IMG/VR virus record: IMGVR_UViG_3300033150_000846
Span: 276-64,275 of that record
Reading direction: 5' to 3' (one strand)
DNA from: a virus
Lineage: Duplodnaviria > Caudoviricetes
DNA length: 64,000 nt
This document shows positions 36,367 through 45,471 of the stretch, in pieces. Numbering within the stretch: position 1 is the stretch's first letter; the number at the start of each line of letters is the position of its first letter. Under the pieces are notes generated by a model that worked only from the letters and a program-made list of their open reading frames with translations, ran no database searches and was not told the origin of the DNA. The position numbers were made by a program, and so were the translations under genes.

Positions 36367-36594
36367 TTAGTTTTCAACTTCGTTGAGAAGGTCAAGGATG
36401 GCGGTTTCCAAACTTGAAACAGACCTTCTAACGTCATCTTCAGCTACAATCATCGTATCGGAAAGTTCGTCAACCTTGTCGCTAATCTTGGTGATCATCT
36501 CTGCGTGACTCTCATACTGAGTACGCTCAAGCTTAGTAACTAAATCGAGCATTTCTTGGAGAATATCAGTGAGAGCTTTTTTTGTCTCAGTCAT
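36367..36594 (-). CDS. Small acidic helical protein, tandem paralogue
   Basis: LDL...Q..H.E...KI...AE pattern; AGGAG SD. Confidence 0.75.
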   Translation of the reverse strand: MTETKKALTDILQEMLDLVTKLERTQYESHAEMITKISDKVDELSDTMIVAEDDVRRSVSSLETAILDLLNEVEN

Positions 36595-36603
36595 TATGGG
36601 CTC

Positions 36604-36831
36604 CTAGTCTTCAGCTTCGTTTACTATATCGATGAGGACAGACTGTAGGTCTGATAAAGCTTCTTCAACCTCTGCTTCAGCGTCTCCTATCTTTTCTTTC
36701 AGAGTGTGGACTTTTTGCGTAACCTCGTCGAGTATCTCTTCATGGCCCTTAAACTGGGCCATGTCAAGGTCCGCGACTAAGGCAATCACCTTGTCAACAA
36801 CGTCGATTTGGTCTTGCTTTAACTTAAGCAT
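36604..36831 (-). CDS. Small acidic helical protein, tandem paralogue
   Basis: AEAEVEEALS; AAAGGAGCCAAACCAATG leader shared with 36849-37079. Confidence 0.75.
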   Translation of the reverse strand: MLKLKQDQIDVVDKVIALVADLDMAQFKGHEEILDEVTQKVHTLKEKIGDAEAEVEEALSDLQSVLIDIVNEAED

Positions 36832-36848
36832 TGGTTTGGCTCCTTTGG

Positions 36849-37079
36849 TTAGGCTTCTTCGAGTTTGTCCAGCTCATCGAGGATGATAGTGTCCAGTTTT
36901 GAGAGAGCGTCTTCAACCTCTGCTTCAGCCTCAATCATCTTTTCTCCAATACGCTGGACTTCTTCTGTAATCTTGTCAAATATTTCATCGTGGGCGTCAA
37001 GCTGAGCTTGCTTAAGGTCGTCGGTTAGGTCAAGTATTTTTTCGAGGGTGTCTTTGAGGGTTTTTGTTGTTTTGGTCAT
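36849..37079 (-). CDS. Small acidic helical protein, tandem paralogue
   Basis: AEAEVEDALS; same leader sequence. Confidence 0.75.
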   Translation of the reverse strand: MTKTTKTLKDTLEKILDLTDDLKQAQLDAHDEIFDKITEEVQRIGEKMIEAEAEVEDALSKLDTIILDELDKLEEA

Positions 37080-37097
37080 TGGTTTGGCTCCTTTGGG

Positions 37098-37364
37098 TTA
37101 GGCCATGTGGGATACAAGGGAAGCCTTTTTCAGGTCTTCCCGAGCAAGGGAAAGCCCGTCTCTCTTCAGTTGGGAGAAGAGCAACATTATCTCGTGAAGG
37201 TTAAGAATGCGGGGCTTCCACACCTTGTTGAGGCCTGGGAAGTTCGGGTCAATGAAACTAATTGCCGCTGTCATAACTAGTCTTGCTGCCGGAGTACCCC
37301 CCGGCATCGACACAACTACCCCAGTCTCAAATAATGTGTGCATCCTTTGAATTACCGCATTCAT
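37098..37364 (-). CDS. Hypothetical protein, paralogue of 37405-37686 (possible Arg-rich extension from 37412)
   Basis: Shared LF..VVVS..RLVM..F.DP.FPG..W..R..IM.LF.Q pattern. Confidence 0.65.
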   Translation of the reverse strand: MNAVIQRMHTLFETGVVVSMPGGTPAARLVMTAAISFIDPNFPGLNKVWKPRILNLHEIMLLFSQLKRDGLSLAREDLKKASLVSHMA

Positions 37365-37404
37365 TTTCCTGTTCCTTCTCTTTCTTCTTCTTCTTCTTCG
37401 TCTT

Positions 37405-37686
37405 CTACTCATGGTTAACAACTGACTGCACCAAGATCGTAGTTCCTTCAAGAGACCTTGGCCACTCTGTCCGCATTTGGTTAAATAAGTTCATGATGTC
37501 TGGGATGGAGATAGTTCGTAGCCTCCAAGTAGAGCCAAAGCCCGGAAACATAGGATCGGCAAACTTGAGGGCCGTGAACATTACCAGCCTGCTCCTGTCG
37601 GTAGGCCTGACTAGAGACACAACCACAGGATCACCAAATAAAGGGTGAACTCTATTCTTCAAGAATTTTGGTGAGCGTGGTGTCAT
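37405..37686 (-). CDS. Hypothetical protein, paralogue of 37098-37364
   Basis: Same shared pattern as the preceding gene. Confidence 0.65.
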   Translation of the reverse strand: MTPRSPKFLKNRVHPLFGDPVVVSLVRPTDRSRLVMFTALKFADPMFPGFGSTWRLRTISIPDIMNLFNQMRTEWPRSLEGTTILVQSVVNHE

Positions 37687-37921
37687 CAGGGGTTTCTTGC
37701 GCCTCCACTTTAGCGGCCGTCTTCAACTGAGTAATGTTCGATCCGAGGTCTTTGAGAGCCTTGGTAAGAATTGAAATGACTCTGAGACGAGTATCAATAC
37801 TTACTTCATCTTGGTCGGCTTCTCGGAATGCCTTGTCAACCAACCGGCTAACCCGGAGCCGAGTCTTCTTCATGGCTTGAATGGTCGCGTTAATTTCCCG
37901 CTGTATAGACAGCTCTTTCAT
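37652..37921 (-). CDS. Coiled-coil hypothetical protein
   Basis: AAGGAG SD before MKELS. Confidence 0.55.
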   Translation of the reverse strand: MKELSIQREINATIQAMKKTRLRVSRLVDKAFREADQDEVSIDTRLRVISILTKALKDLGSNITQLKTAAKVEAQETPDDTTLTKILEE

Positions 37922-38936
37922 TTGCTTTCTCCTTTTTCGTTTTTCCTTCAGTGTTCTCTTGCATGATGACTGCAAGGAGAGCACCGTTCAACAACTCGAT
38001 GCATTCAGGGCAGAGAACATCAGTGTTGCCCTTTGTGGGCTTGTGGCACCTAATGCACTGTGTTACGGTTTTGGAAACCCCGCTGCCAAACAGCTGAGCT
38101 ATAGGGGGATTGACTGGGGAGGCGTAGGGACCTCTGTAGTAGCGCTGGTAAGGAAGTTCGTAAGAATCGTCGTCTTGAAAAGTGTGGATTGCGGAAGCTG
38201 CTCGTTTCCAAATTCCTCGTTCGCCAAAAGGGAGGTCAGCGATGGGAACCAAGTTTTGTGTGTCAGCGTCGAGGTCCACCGCATAAAGAACTTTAGGATC
38301 GATTGTGTAAATGCTGGGCTCTTCTTCTCCGGTTGCAAACCTGTAGGCTGTGGTCAATGCTTCCATGGTTGAGGCGTAAGCTGTGCCGCCTTCTGGAAGA
38401 TCGACAAAGTACAAAGCCTCGTGGTTGAAGCGGAAGAAAATCATGTAAGGCTTTGGGGTGGTTACGAGGGCGGCACAGGAGCCCCAGCCTCGAATTTCCC
38501 CAACGTCCTTTTTGAGTAGGAGGTAGTCCCATATGATTTGGGAGTCCACTTCGTACTTCAGGGAGCTTTTTGTGAGGAGTTCTTTGAAGTTGGAGATGAC
38601 GCCGTTGTGAGTACCGGCGACCTTCACGAAACTGCCGTCCTCTTCTTTGCGACCAAAGAGGAAGGGGTGAGCGTTTTCTTTTGTTACATCACCGTGAGAG
38701 GCTGCCCTAGTGTGGGCGATGAAGGGGGATTTTGCTTTTGCAGGTTTGCTCAGCAGCTTCTTGGTGAAGAAGGCGGAGCTTATTCTGCCTACGTCCTTCT
38801 GGATTTTGATGCCGTCTTTGTCGAAGTAGGCCAGCCCGTAGCTGTCAGTTCCACGGGCTTCCATAGCATTGGCGAGGAACGGGGCCATAATGGCTGCTTG
38901 TTTGTTGAATTCAGTGAATCCGAAAATTCCACACAT
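37890..38936 (-). CDS. Class II (Ntn) glutamine amidotransferase
   Basis: MCGIFG start, RGTDSYG, HTRAASHG, NAHPF, HNGVISN and VDS motifs. Confidence 0.92.
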   Translation of the reverse strand: MCGIFGFTEFNKQAAIMAPFLANAMEARGTDSYGLAYFDKDGIKIQKDVGRISSAFFTKKLLSKPAKAKSPFIAHTRAASHGDVTKENAHPFLFGRKEEDGSFVKVAGTHNGVISNFKELLTKSSLKYEVDSQIIWDYLLLKKDVGEIRGWGSCAALVTTPKPYMIFFRFNHEALYFVDLPEGGTAYASTMEALTTAYRFATGEEEPSIYTIDPKVLYAVDLDADTQNLVPIADLPFGERGIWKRAASAIHTFQDDDSYELPYQRYYRGPYASPVNPPIAQLFGSGVSKTVTQCIRCHKPTKGNTDVLCPECIELLNGALLAVIMQENTEGKTKKEKANERAVYTAGN

Positions 38937-38943
38937 TTGTTTG

Positions 38944-39348
38944 TTATTCTCCTTCGATTTCCGGGAGGCCCTGGAACAAAGCATACAGGGCTTCGCTTGA
39001 GATAGAGTAGTCTTTGTTGCTCTCAATGTTGAAAGGAAACACACCGAGGATGGTGTACTTCCGGGATTTTACGAGGTCGTGGAAGGTTGTTCGTCTTTCC
39101 ATGAGGAGTGTTGCGGCTGGGTCTTCAAGGACTTGTGGACGTATTCTGCGACCATGGTTGGTTTCCCTAGCGTTGGTAGCAAACTTCTGTTGGAACAGCA
39201 CCAAGGCGTGTTCTTGGCGGAAGTAGGAGACCGCCAGAACCAAGTTTTCGATTCCTTTGGTTGCATACCAACCCTTGGGGAAGCCTTTGATTTCTACTGA
39301 TTTACTCTTCCGGTAGAGATCCATCATCAAAAAGCTCCTTTTCTTCAA
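38944..39348 (-). CDS. Hypothetical protein
   Basis: Co-directional and packed. Confidence 0.5.
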   Translation of the reverse strand: MKKRSFLMMDLYRKSKSVEIKGFPKGWYATKGIENLVLAVSYFRQEHALVLFQQKFATNARETNHGRRIRPQVLEDPAATLLMERRTTFHDLVKSRKYTILGVFPFNIESNKDYSISSEALYALFQGLPEIEGE

Positions 39349-39733
39349 TCATGAAACGTGTGATGTCGCTGTATAGAGGGGTACTCCATTCTCTCCAATT
39401 CCAAACTTTGTTGGCGGTGTGGGAAATTACTCGCACAGGCTTTCCTTGCATGACAAGAGAATCGGCCAAGTTCCTTGTGCTGCTGCTGAAGTGGCTTGCT
39501 GATGGATGAGTGTACTTTGGCGGCAGTGTCAGCAAGAGGTGGTCGAGAAGAACTTCTCGCATTGAGAAGCCACTTCGCGCCTTTTTCCATTCTTTGAAGC
39601 ACTGTTTGCACCAGGGAAAGAAGCCGCTCTTCCTGTTTTTGTCTTGGTAGAAGTCGAAGGCTGGGCGGGCTTTGCCACAGCGAGGGCAGACCCTGTCTTT
39701 AATAAGCTCCAGCTCGTCGTTTTCTTGTTTCAT
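39302..39733 (-). CDS. Zinc-ribbon protein
   Basis: CPRC...FY...CKQC treble-clef pattern. Confidence 0.6.
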   Translation of the reverse strand: MKQENDELELIKDRVCPRCGKARPAFDFYQDKNRKSGFFPWCKQCFKEWKKARSGFSMREVLLDHLLLTLPPKYTHPSASHFSSSTRNLADSLVMQGKPVRVISHTANKVWNWREWSTPLYSDITRFMIEEKELFDDGSLPEE

Positions 39734-40691
39734 GGAATTCCCACTCCTTTTGGAAGGTCTCTTGGCGACGATTGAACCAATCGACCAGGCTTTTGTTGAA
39801 GTACTTTTCGACAAATTGTTTGAGGGTCAGGTCTTTGAGCTTGTCGTAGGCCTTGACTCTTGCGGTCAAGTCTACGTAGGTGGCGCAGAAGAGGGGCCAC
39901 AGCAACCCTTCTTCGTCAATGGCTCCTTCATGTTGGCGGAACTCGATGGTTCCACGAGAGAGGTAAGAATGGATGTTGCAGCCGTAGTACCTCGCTCCCA
40001 TGTATCGAGTTCCTTTGGCCCGGATAAAGGACCGGGAGTTGAGGGGAGACAAAGTTAGCATTCCGTAAGTCCCAAATGCGAGGAGGGACTTTATTGCACG
40101 GGCTGTAGTAGCTTGTTCAAGGCGAGAGATTGCCGCTCGCATTTGTTCGGATAGAGGTTTTGCGTATCCTCCGTGGTTGGAGTCGGGGTTGTAAATTCTT
40201 CTGACCGGGAAGAGACGGTTGAAGTCCCTTTCCCATTGGCCATAAAGGAGGAGGAAAGAACGAATGTCCCAGGCGTAGAGGTCTCGGGCATCTACATGAA
40301 CGTGAAGGGAGCAAGTGTCGTTCACGGTGACTTCTTGGGCTTTGAAGAGGGTGAGAAGTTGGGGAATGTACTCCAGGATAGCGTCTCCGGCAATTGGGCC
40401 AACGACGAGTTCTTGCCGCGAGGGCCTTACGCTGCTGTCGTAGACCTGGGCAAGGTTGAGTTTTGCAGATAGAGTTTGGTAGTGTGCGGAGAGGGTTTCT
40501 TCCAGGCCGTTCCATTCAGCAAGCTCAAACTCCATCCCAATAGCTCGTTTGGTGGTGATTGTGTGGAAGGGGCCACTGGGAAACTTTTTATGTTTGGGCA
40601 AGACGAAAGGCATATGGCGACATGTGCACTTATATTTGTACTCACCGCACCACTGGCAGCGAGCGGAAGATCTGGTTTTAGCCATTCTCAA
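39699..40691 (-). CDS. Putative amidoligase (Amidoligase_2, glutamine-synthetase-like)
   Basis: GMEFE, DSSV, ELV, CSLHVHV, RYYGCN and TIEFRQH motifs. Confidence 0.88.
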   Translation of the reverse strand: MRMAKTRSSARCQWCGEYKYKCTCRHMPFVLPKHKKFPSGPFHTITTKRAIGMEFELAEWNGLEETLSAHYQTLSAKLNLAQVYDSSVRPSRQELVVGPIAGDAILEYIPQLLTLFKAQEVTVNDTCSLHVHVDARDLYAWDIRSFLLLYGQWERDFNRLFPVRRIYNPDSNHGGYAKPLSEQMRAAISRLEQATTARAIKSLLAFGTYGMLTLSPLNSRSFIRAKGTRYMGARYYGCNIHSYLSRGTIEFRQHEGAIDEEGLLWPLFCATYVDLTARVKAYDKLKDLTLKQFVEKYFNKSLVDWFNRRQETFQKEWEFHETRKRRAGAY

Positions 40692-41452
40692 TTTTCCTCG
40701 TTGATTCTGGTTTCAAGAAACTCGGCTGTCTCTTCGCCTAGAGATTGAAGGCTTTCGCTTGGGTTTTGTAGGAGTAGTGTTTGGAGGAAGCGCCGCCTTG
40801 TGTGAGGAGACTTCAGGGCGAAAGCGGAGTTGACCTCCAAGACAATGAACTCTCCTGAAGGAAGTTGTAGAATGTCTACAGCTCCAAAGTCATAACCGAG
40901 GGCGTCTACAGCTTTTCGAGCAAGAGGGCGGATTCCTTTGGGAGGCTTCTCAGTGAAGGAAATTACCCATCCTAGCCGCCTTGAGCGGATGTTTGGCAGC
41001 GGGGTTTCCTCTAGGGAGACTTTTTTGCCGACAGCGAAAGTTCGGGCTTTTGGAAGGTAAGAAGAGCTTGCACAGAAGACTCTCCACTCAGCGGTTACTT
41101 CGCTGATCCAGGCTGTCCAATAGTCGGCAGTAAGCCACTTTTCTGAGATAGTGCGTGGTGGTGTTGGGAAGTAGATGAAGCGGCCTTGTGAATGGTTGTT
41201 ACGGCGACCTACTACTAGTTGACCTTCGCAAAGGCCTTGTGTTGCTTCCTGTAGTGTAGTGTAGAAAGTTGGAACGGGAATTTCGTGGTCTTTGAGAAGG
41301 GAAAGTTGGTTGAGGCCGTAGAGTTTTGGTTGACCTCCTATGGAGTTGGGGCGTTCTATGCCCCAAGCGAGGTCTTGGTCTGAGGGGATTGGGGCTAGGG
41401 TGTTTCGTAGCCAACGTACAGTTGGCCACTTCGAGTTGCCGTAGACTTTCAT
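40688..41452 (-). CDS. ATP-grasp (RimK-like) ligase
   Basis: EWRV, ALGYDFGAVDI and VLEVNSA motifs. Confidence 0.88.
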   Translation of the reverse strand: MKVYGNSKWPTVRWLRNTLAPIPSDQDLAWGIERPNSIGGQPKLYGLNQLSLLKDHEIPVPTFYTTLQEATQGLCEGQLVVGRRNNHSQGRFIYFPTPPRTISEKWLTADYWTAWISEVTAEWRVFCASSSYLPKARTFAVGKKVSLEETPLPNIRSRRLGWVISFTEKPPKGIRPLARKAVDALGYDFGAVDILQLPSGEFIVLEVNSAFALKSPHTRRRFLQTLLLQNPSESLQSLGEETAEFLETRINEEN

Positions 41453-42276
41453 AATTCGACGTAGCTCCTTGCAACTTTGCCCTTTCGAAGGGCTTCAATG
41501 GTTTGTGCGATGTTGGGAGGGATTGTTGTTTTGTGGGCTGTGAAGAGGCTTCTGATTTGGTAAAGGATTTCGTCACAGACTGTGACTGCATTGTCGATTG
41601 TTATGGGGCGGTAATGTTTTGTTCGCCCGACTTTGTAAACAAGGCCTGAAGGAGCCACTGCGCTCAACCAGAATTTGCTACTTATAGAGGGGTTAAGGAA
41701 GGGGAAGAAGGTTTGTTGGAGGAGCTTTCCGTTTCTGAGGAGGAGATCGACAAGTTCTTTGTTGAGTGTGTACCTTTCGGTGTCTGGTTGGGTTTTGGCA
41801 AAGACTTCAGCGGCGATGGTGGAAATTGATGAGGGGGGTTCTAACTTTGGGCTGATGCTTTCCGGCCATTTTGACAGGACTTCGCACTCTCTTTGGAGGC
41901 CAGGAGCATTGGTGAAGGCTATTGTTATTCTGCTGAGGGGGGAAGCGATGATTCCTCCAAACTTGTCGGAAGGGTGTCTGTTTGATTGAAGGTAGAGTTT
42001 GCCTGATCCTGAGTAAGGGGGTAGAATGGCCCTAGCTATGGCTTTAAGGTAGGTGCGAGTGCTTAGGTCTTTGAAGGAGGAGATTCCCAAAGTGGGGTAG
42101 AGAGGGTAGACAACGCTTGAAGGCAGGCGTAAGATGGAGCTTGTCAGTTCTGGGGACCATTCCTCGTCTAGGTTTACGTTTTTGTGGACTCTTTTCTCCA
42201 GGGGAGGGTAGATCATGAATAAGAGGTTGTAAGCAGGGTGTGACTTGTGGGTTTCTGAAAGAGTGACTGTGATCAT
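41449..42276 (-). CDS. Hypothetical protein within the amidoligase cluster
   Basis: AGGAG SD; co-directional. Confidence 0.55.
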   Translation of the reverse strand: MITVTLSETHKSHPAYNLLFMIYPPLEKRVHKNVNLDEEWSPELTSSILRLPSSVVYPLYPTLGISSFKDLSTRTYLKAIARAILPPYSGSGKLYLQSNRHPSDKFGGIIASPLSRITIAFTNAPGLQRECEVLSKWPESISPKLEPPSSISTIAAEVFAKTQPDTERYTLNKELVDLLLRNGKLLQQTFFPFLNPSISSKFWLSAVAPSGLVYKVGRTKHYRPITIDNAVTVCDEILYQIRSLFTAHKTTIPPNIAQTIEALRKGKVARSYVEL

Positions 42277-42285
42277 TGGTTTCTC

Positions 42286-43740
42286 CTATAGTGAGACTAC
42301 TTTGGCTTTTCGGTTGGTTGCTCGGCGAAGAAGGTTGGTGCAATGGGATATTGCACAATCCTCTGATGAGCTATGGCCTGTCCAAGAGTCGAGTTTCCAG
42401 GCTTGGCGAGCGGACCATCTTGGAAAGGCGTCTTTTATGCGAATGTGGAACAGTTTGTTGATGGTTGTGGCGAGGTCGTACTTTAGGTAGTAACCTAGGG
42501 GGGCGGTGATTTTGGGGAGCCATTCTCTGGCGGTGGCGTAATCGTAGTTGAGAAGGGTGTGGTAAACTTTTTCGGGGTCCGGGGTTTCTCTTTCTAGTTG
42601 GGAGAGATTGCCTGTGAGGGCGGCGTCGATTACTGCTCGTCCTATTTCTAAAGCTAAGTGGACGAGTACCGGGGAATACATGGTAGCTGATGATAGGACT
42701 CTGTACTCAATGCCATGGGGAGGTCTTCGAAATTCTCCTGGAAGGCCATAGTATTTGCGACGTTCTGTGGTTTCTATCCCTTCAAGTATGCACATGTTTG
42801 GGATAGCTACGTAGTAGTCGAGCATTCTGATTAGTCGGGCTATTTCGGAGTTTGACTTTGGGGCGAACTCTTTGAGGCCGAAGTGAATGTGGAAGCCTGC
42901 TGTTCGGATTGGCATGTTGGGATCAAGGCAACGGTTTTGTGGTTGATCGTAGGCGTTCATTGAAGGATCACAGCCAAGTTCCTTGAATTGAGGAGGGTAA
43001 GAGTCGATATTGGGAATGTTGACGGTGTCGATGGGCTTGACTTTGTAGTTGTAGTAATCGCAGATGTTGATTAGTTGTTTGAAAGATGCTTGGAGGGAAT
43101 CTACGGTGTAGGCAAAACAGTAGTAGGGGTCTGTTTGGAACTCGGCTGCAAAGCCATCCCAATATGGGCCGTGAGCTTTGCGAATCGCCGTTTGGTAAGA
43201 ATCGGGGTAGACACGGTACTTCTTGAGGTAGTCTGCCATTTTGGCTTCTTGTTCCTTTAGGGTGGGAAGGAACTTAAAGGCTGGGACAAGGTTTCCTCTT
43301 CGATTGAAGACGAAAAATTCTGGGTCGAAGCCAGCTCCCATGTGCATCCAGTAGGCTTGGGGAGATCTTGGAAGGCGGTAGTTGGCGGTAGGGAGAGGCC
43401 TGTCAAAGTCCCAGATTTGGTAGATGTAGTGTTGGTTGTCGAGGGAGAGGGAGAAAGGAAGAACTGAAGAACCAAACTCCCAGTCTTTGGTCCTAACGAA
43501 GTTTATTCTTCGGTTTGTGCTGTGGGTCAGAAAGGAGGAGAGTTTTGCGGCTTCTTTTTGGGTTACTGTTGGGGGCAAAGTGTAGGGGTAGTTGTGTGCT
43601 ACTAGCTTGGTGCCCCATTTGGAGATGTCTTGGTTGGGGAATAGAGACGCCTTTCGATGGCTGCCGTCGGTTTTGGTTTCGATGAGGATGGAGGGGGCCT
43701 TTTCCAGGTCCTCCCAAGATTCAATCTTCTTGACCTTCAT
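42286..43740 (-). CDS. phiEco32-like COOH-NH2 ligase type 2
   Basis: GFDPEFF, DGFAAE, LGCDPSMNAY, RTAGFHIHFG and RRKYYGLPGEFR..HGIEYRVLS motifs. Confidence 0.9.
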   Translation of the reverse strand: MKVKKIESWEDLEKAPSILIETKTDGSHRKASLFPNQDISKWGTKLVAHNYPYTLPPTVTQKEAAKLSSFLTHSTNRRINFVRTKDWEFGSSVLPFSLSLDNQHYIYQIWDFDRPLPTANYRLPRSPQAYWMHMGAGFDPEFFVFNRRGNLVPAFKFLPTLKEQEAKMADYLKKYRVYPDSYQTAIRKAHGPYWDGFAAEFQTDPYYCFAYTVDSLQASFKQLINICDYYNYKVKPIDTVNIPNIDSYPPQFKELGCDPSMNAYDQPQNRCLDPNMPIRTAGFHIHFGLKEFAPKSNSEIARLIRMLDYYVAIPNMCILEGIETTERRKYYGLPGEFRRPPHGIEYRVLSSATMYSPVLVHLALEIGRAVIDAALTGNLSQLERETPDPEKVYHTLLNYDYATAREWLPKITAPLGYYLKYDLATTINKLFHIRIKDAFPRWSARQAWKLDSWTGHSSSEDCAISHCTNLLRRATNRKAKVVSL

Positions 43741-44017
43741 ATGTGTCTCCTAAGTTGTTGAAAGAGGCTAGGGCAGCGGCCATAGCTTCTTTGGCCCCAT
43801 CCCTTTTGACAGTACACAGTGCATCTTTGGGGATTGACACAAAGTGGGCGGGGGTTTTTCCTAGGTTTTTGGTTGGGAAGGCTGTACCTCCTATCTTTCT
43901 CATTTCCGTGCCGGGAGGAGTGTCTCCCAGTTTGTTGCAGTTGGTGAACAGTTCCATGTCCCTAACGTAGGTGTAGGGGACGAAGATGCGCTGGAGTGTT
44001 TTGGTTTCGTTGTTCAT
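43721..44017 (-). CDS. Hypothetical protein
   Basis: Packed co-directional ORF. Confidence 0.5.
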   Translation of the reverse strand: MNNETKTLQRIFVPYTYVRDMELFTNCNKLGDTPPGTEMRKIGGTAFPTKNLGKTPAHFVSIPKDALCTVKRDGAKEAMAAALASFNNLGDTYEGQED

Positions 44018-44298
44018 GACTTGACGAAGTGGTAAAGGCCCTTTGGTTTGGTTTCCTTTGTGCGGCAGTATTCTTTTGCTGCCTTTTTTGGGTTGTCGAA
44101 GGTTGTGACTTCTTTGGTTAGGCCAAGGAGTTTGAGCTCGCGCTTCAAAATTTCCGTGGCGTCTTTTTCTTTAGGAGGGTCTTTGAGCTGGTAGTAGTTT
44201 TCGAGAATGTTCTGGGGCGTGGTCTTTAGGCCTAGCTTTGTGAGGAGTGGGGTGAAATTCATTTGGCCTTCCTGCTTGGGGCTATCAAAGTTACTCAT
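44014..44298 (-). CDS. Hypothetical protein
   Basis: Packed co-directional ORF. Confidence 0.5.
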   Translation of the reverse strand: MSNFDSPKQEGQMNFTPLLTKLGLKTTPQNILENYYQLKDPPKEKDATEILKRELKLLGLTKEVTTFDNPKKAAKEYCRTKETKPKGLYHFVKS

Positions 44299-44842
44299 CA
44301 GCTACTCCTACATAGTTGCCAGTTAAACGTAGAGTTTCTTCTTGTTGGGGGGTTAAACCATGAACGTTGACGAAACAGCAGTCTCGAAAGACGTTTGGGT
44401 TGAAGTCGCTCCCGATAATCTCGACTTCGCGGAGTTCGCATTTGTAGAATGAAGGGTATGGTATTCCAGAGAATGCTAGCTTAGTGGCAAAGAACCGACA
44501 GTTGACAAAAGCAATGTTTGCCAGGCTACGGAAAACAATTTCGCTTCTTTGAAATTTACAATCAGCAAATATCATTGAGTGGGTTTGCGGGCTGGGTACA
44601 ATGGAATAATGGTCAAAGTCTCCGCCCTTGACCATAGCCTCTTCTTCAAACGCTTCAATGAATTCGTCAAGACCGAGCTCTCCAACCCACAAGACGCGAT
44701 CTAAAGATCGTATTTGCTCTAATGTTGGGTTTTCGTGGTCTATTTCTAGGGCAGCCTGGTGGAAGTCTTTGGCAAGCTCAGAGAAGAGTTCAGCCTCTCC
44801 CCATAAGGTAAGGGGAAACTCTTCGTACCTGGAAAAGGTCAC
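44291..44842 (-). CDS. Protein with pentapeptide-repeat-like C-terminus
   Basis: FADCKF, FVNCRF, FYKCEL and FRDCCF periodicity. Confidence 0.55.
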   Translation of the reverse strand: MTFSRYEEFPLTLWGEAELFSELAKDFHQAALEIDHENPTLEQIRSLDRVLWVGELGLDEFIEAFEEEAMVKGGDFDHYSIVPSPQTHSMIFADCKFQRSEIVFRSLANIAFVNCRFFATKLAFSGIPYPSFYKCELREVEIIGSDFNPNVFRDCCFVNVHGLTPQQEETLRLTGNYVGVADE

Positions 44843-45018
44843 TTAACATCTCCTTTCTTGAAGGAAGAAAGGGCTTCGTAGAGCCCAAGAATATTTTCTT
44901 TTGCCTCTTTAAGCTGCTGGTACGGCACACGTCCAGTACGAGCACGGACGCCCATTGATACAGCCAAGGTTTGAAGAGCCCTGTCTGTCTCAAGTATTTT
45001 AGTGGTAAGATCGGTCAT
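44839..45018 (-). CDS. Small hypothetical protein
   Basis: AGGAG SD before MTDLTT. Confidence 0.5.
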   Translation of the reverse strand: MTDLTTKILETDRALQTLAVSMGVRARTGRVPYQQLKEAKENILGLYEALSSFKKGDVK

Positions 45019-45229
45019 GTTGTCTCCTAGCAAGGCGGGGAACCACGCAGTCTCGGAAAGCTCTACGCGCAATTCGTTGGGCATGGAGCTGGTTCTTTGC
45101 GACGCGATGAAACTGTCCTTGGACGTAGACAGAGAAGGTTTTGTTGTAAATGCCCTTCTCAATGTGAATTGACGTGTGAGGGTAAGGTCTCTCAATTTTC
45201 ATGTGTTCCTCCTTAGCAAACGGTCCCAT
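44999..45229 (-). CDS. Small hypothetical protein
   Basis: AAGGAGG SD before the internal MKIERP start. Confidence 0.5.
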   Translation of the reverse strand: MGPFAKEEHMKIERPYPHTSIHIEKGIYNKTFSVYVQGQFHRVAKNQLHAQRIARRAFRDCVVPRLARRQHDRSYH

Positions 45230-45465
45230 TGAATGGGCTTGTTTGGCCAGAAGCCGAACAAGGTTTTGTCCTTAGGGTGTGAGTCAAAGTGAAAGCCCTT
45301 TGGAGCGGAGTCCTTAAGTTTGATGTAAAGGTCGTGGATGTACCATGGGCCTTTTGGAGGAAGCTCTTCGCCTAGTGCGTGAAGGGCTCTCTCGAAATTC
45401 GCAACCATCCTTTTAGTCTCGTAGGTACCATATGAGACTATGATGGGGTTAGGGGTCGTCTTCAT
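45199..45465 (-). CDS. Hypothetical protein, paralogue of 45831-46076
   Basis: VS.GT...F...AP.G..F..HP.D...GFW. Confidence 0.65.
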   Translation of the reverse strand: MKTTPNPIIVSYGTYETKRMVANFERALHALGEELPPKGPWYIHDLYIKLKDSAPKGFHFDSHPKDKTLFGFWPNKPIQWDRLLRRNT

Positions 45466-45471
45466 GTTTTT

